This document shows, one piece after another, positions 63,809 through 64,000 of a stretch of 64,000 nucleotides of DNA (the first letter of the stretch is position 1; each line of letters starts with the position of its first letter). Below the pieces are notes generated by a model, which searched no databases, had not been told where the DNA came from, and saw only the letters and a list, made by a program, of their open reading frames with translations. Both the position numbers and the translations under genes were made by a program. The stretch comes from Acanthaster planci (Eukaryota): the NCBI RefSeq assembly GCF_001949145.1, contig NW_019091356.1, forward strand, positions 2,822,713-2,886,712, read 5' to 3'.

Positions 63809-64000
63809 CTGAAACCACATTTAAAGAAGAAACCAAATTTCACTCTTGAATTCAAAACTTGTCCTACGCATTCATTAGGTGATGATGATTAAAGTAAGCA
63901 GTACTCACACAAAGTATCACTTTGCTATTGGGCTTTAAAATAATTATGCGATCACTGATCAACTACTTTCAGGTGGGGACTGTTCTGGACAGTTGATCTT

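Overview
Eukaryotic, intron-rich animal DNA; the TACATGTA-rich composition and SINE/MITE types suggest an invertebrate deuterostome, possibly an echinoderm (inference only). Left to right it holds: (1) the last exon of a + strand type-I membrane receptor whose tail carries an FDNVLY motif, resembling the mannose-receptor family; (2) a - strand gene (CDS about 24302 to 4686, 18 coding exons assembled by hand with consistent splice phases, about 2417 aa) encoding a TTC3/DZIP3/RNF214-type RING-H2 E3 ligase with no visible TPR region; (3) head-to-head with it, an intronless HEXIM ORF (27795..28766, +); (4) about 20 kb with no recognisable coding exon, a candidate orphan first exon near 48.9-49.4 kb and a 459-N gap; (5) the 3' half of PDCD6IP/ALIX on the - strand (63808 to 53161). 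Introns contain TTAA-flanked piggyBac-type MITEs, other MITEs and tRNA-derived SINE fragments. I found no CRISPR array, prokaryotic system, rRNA or true tRNA, and I cannot support a wholly new biological system. The best leads are the RING protein's architecture with a 12-residue-periodic array of LC8-like motifs, a duplicated splice donor that could yield a RING-broken isoform, and a relocated PSAP motif plus a cassette micro-exon in ALIX.
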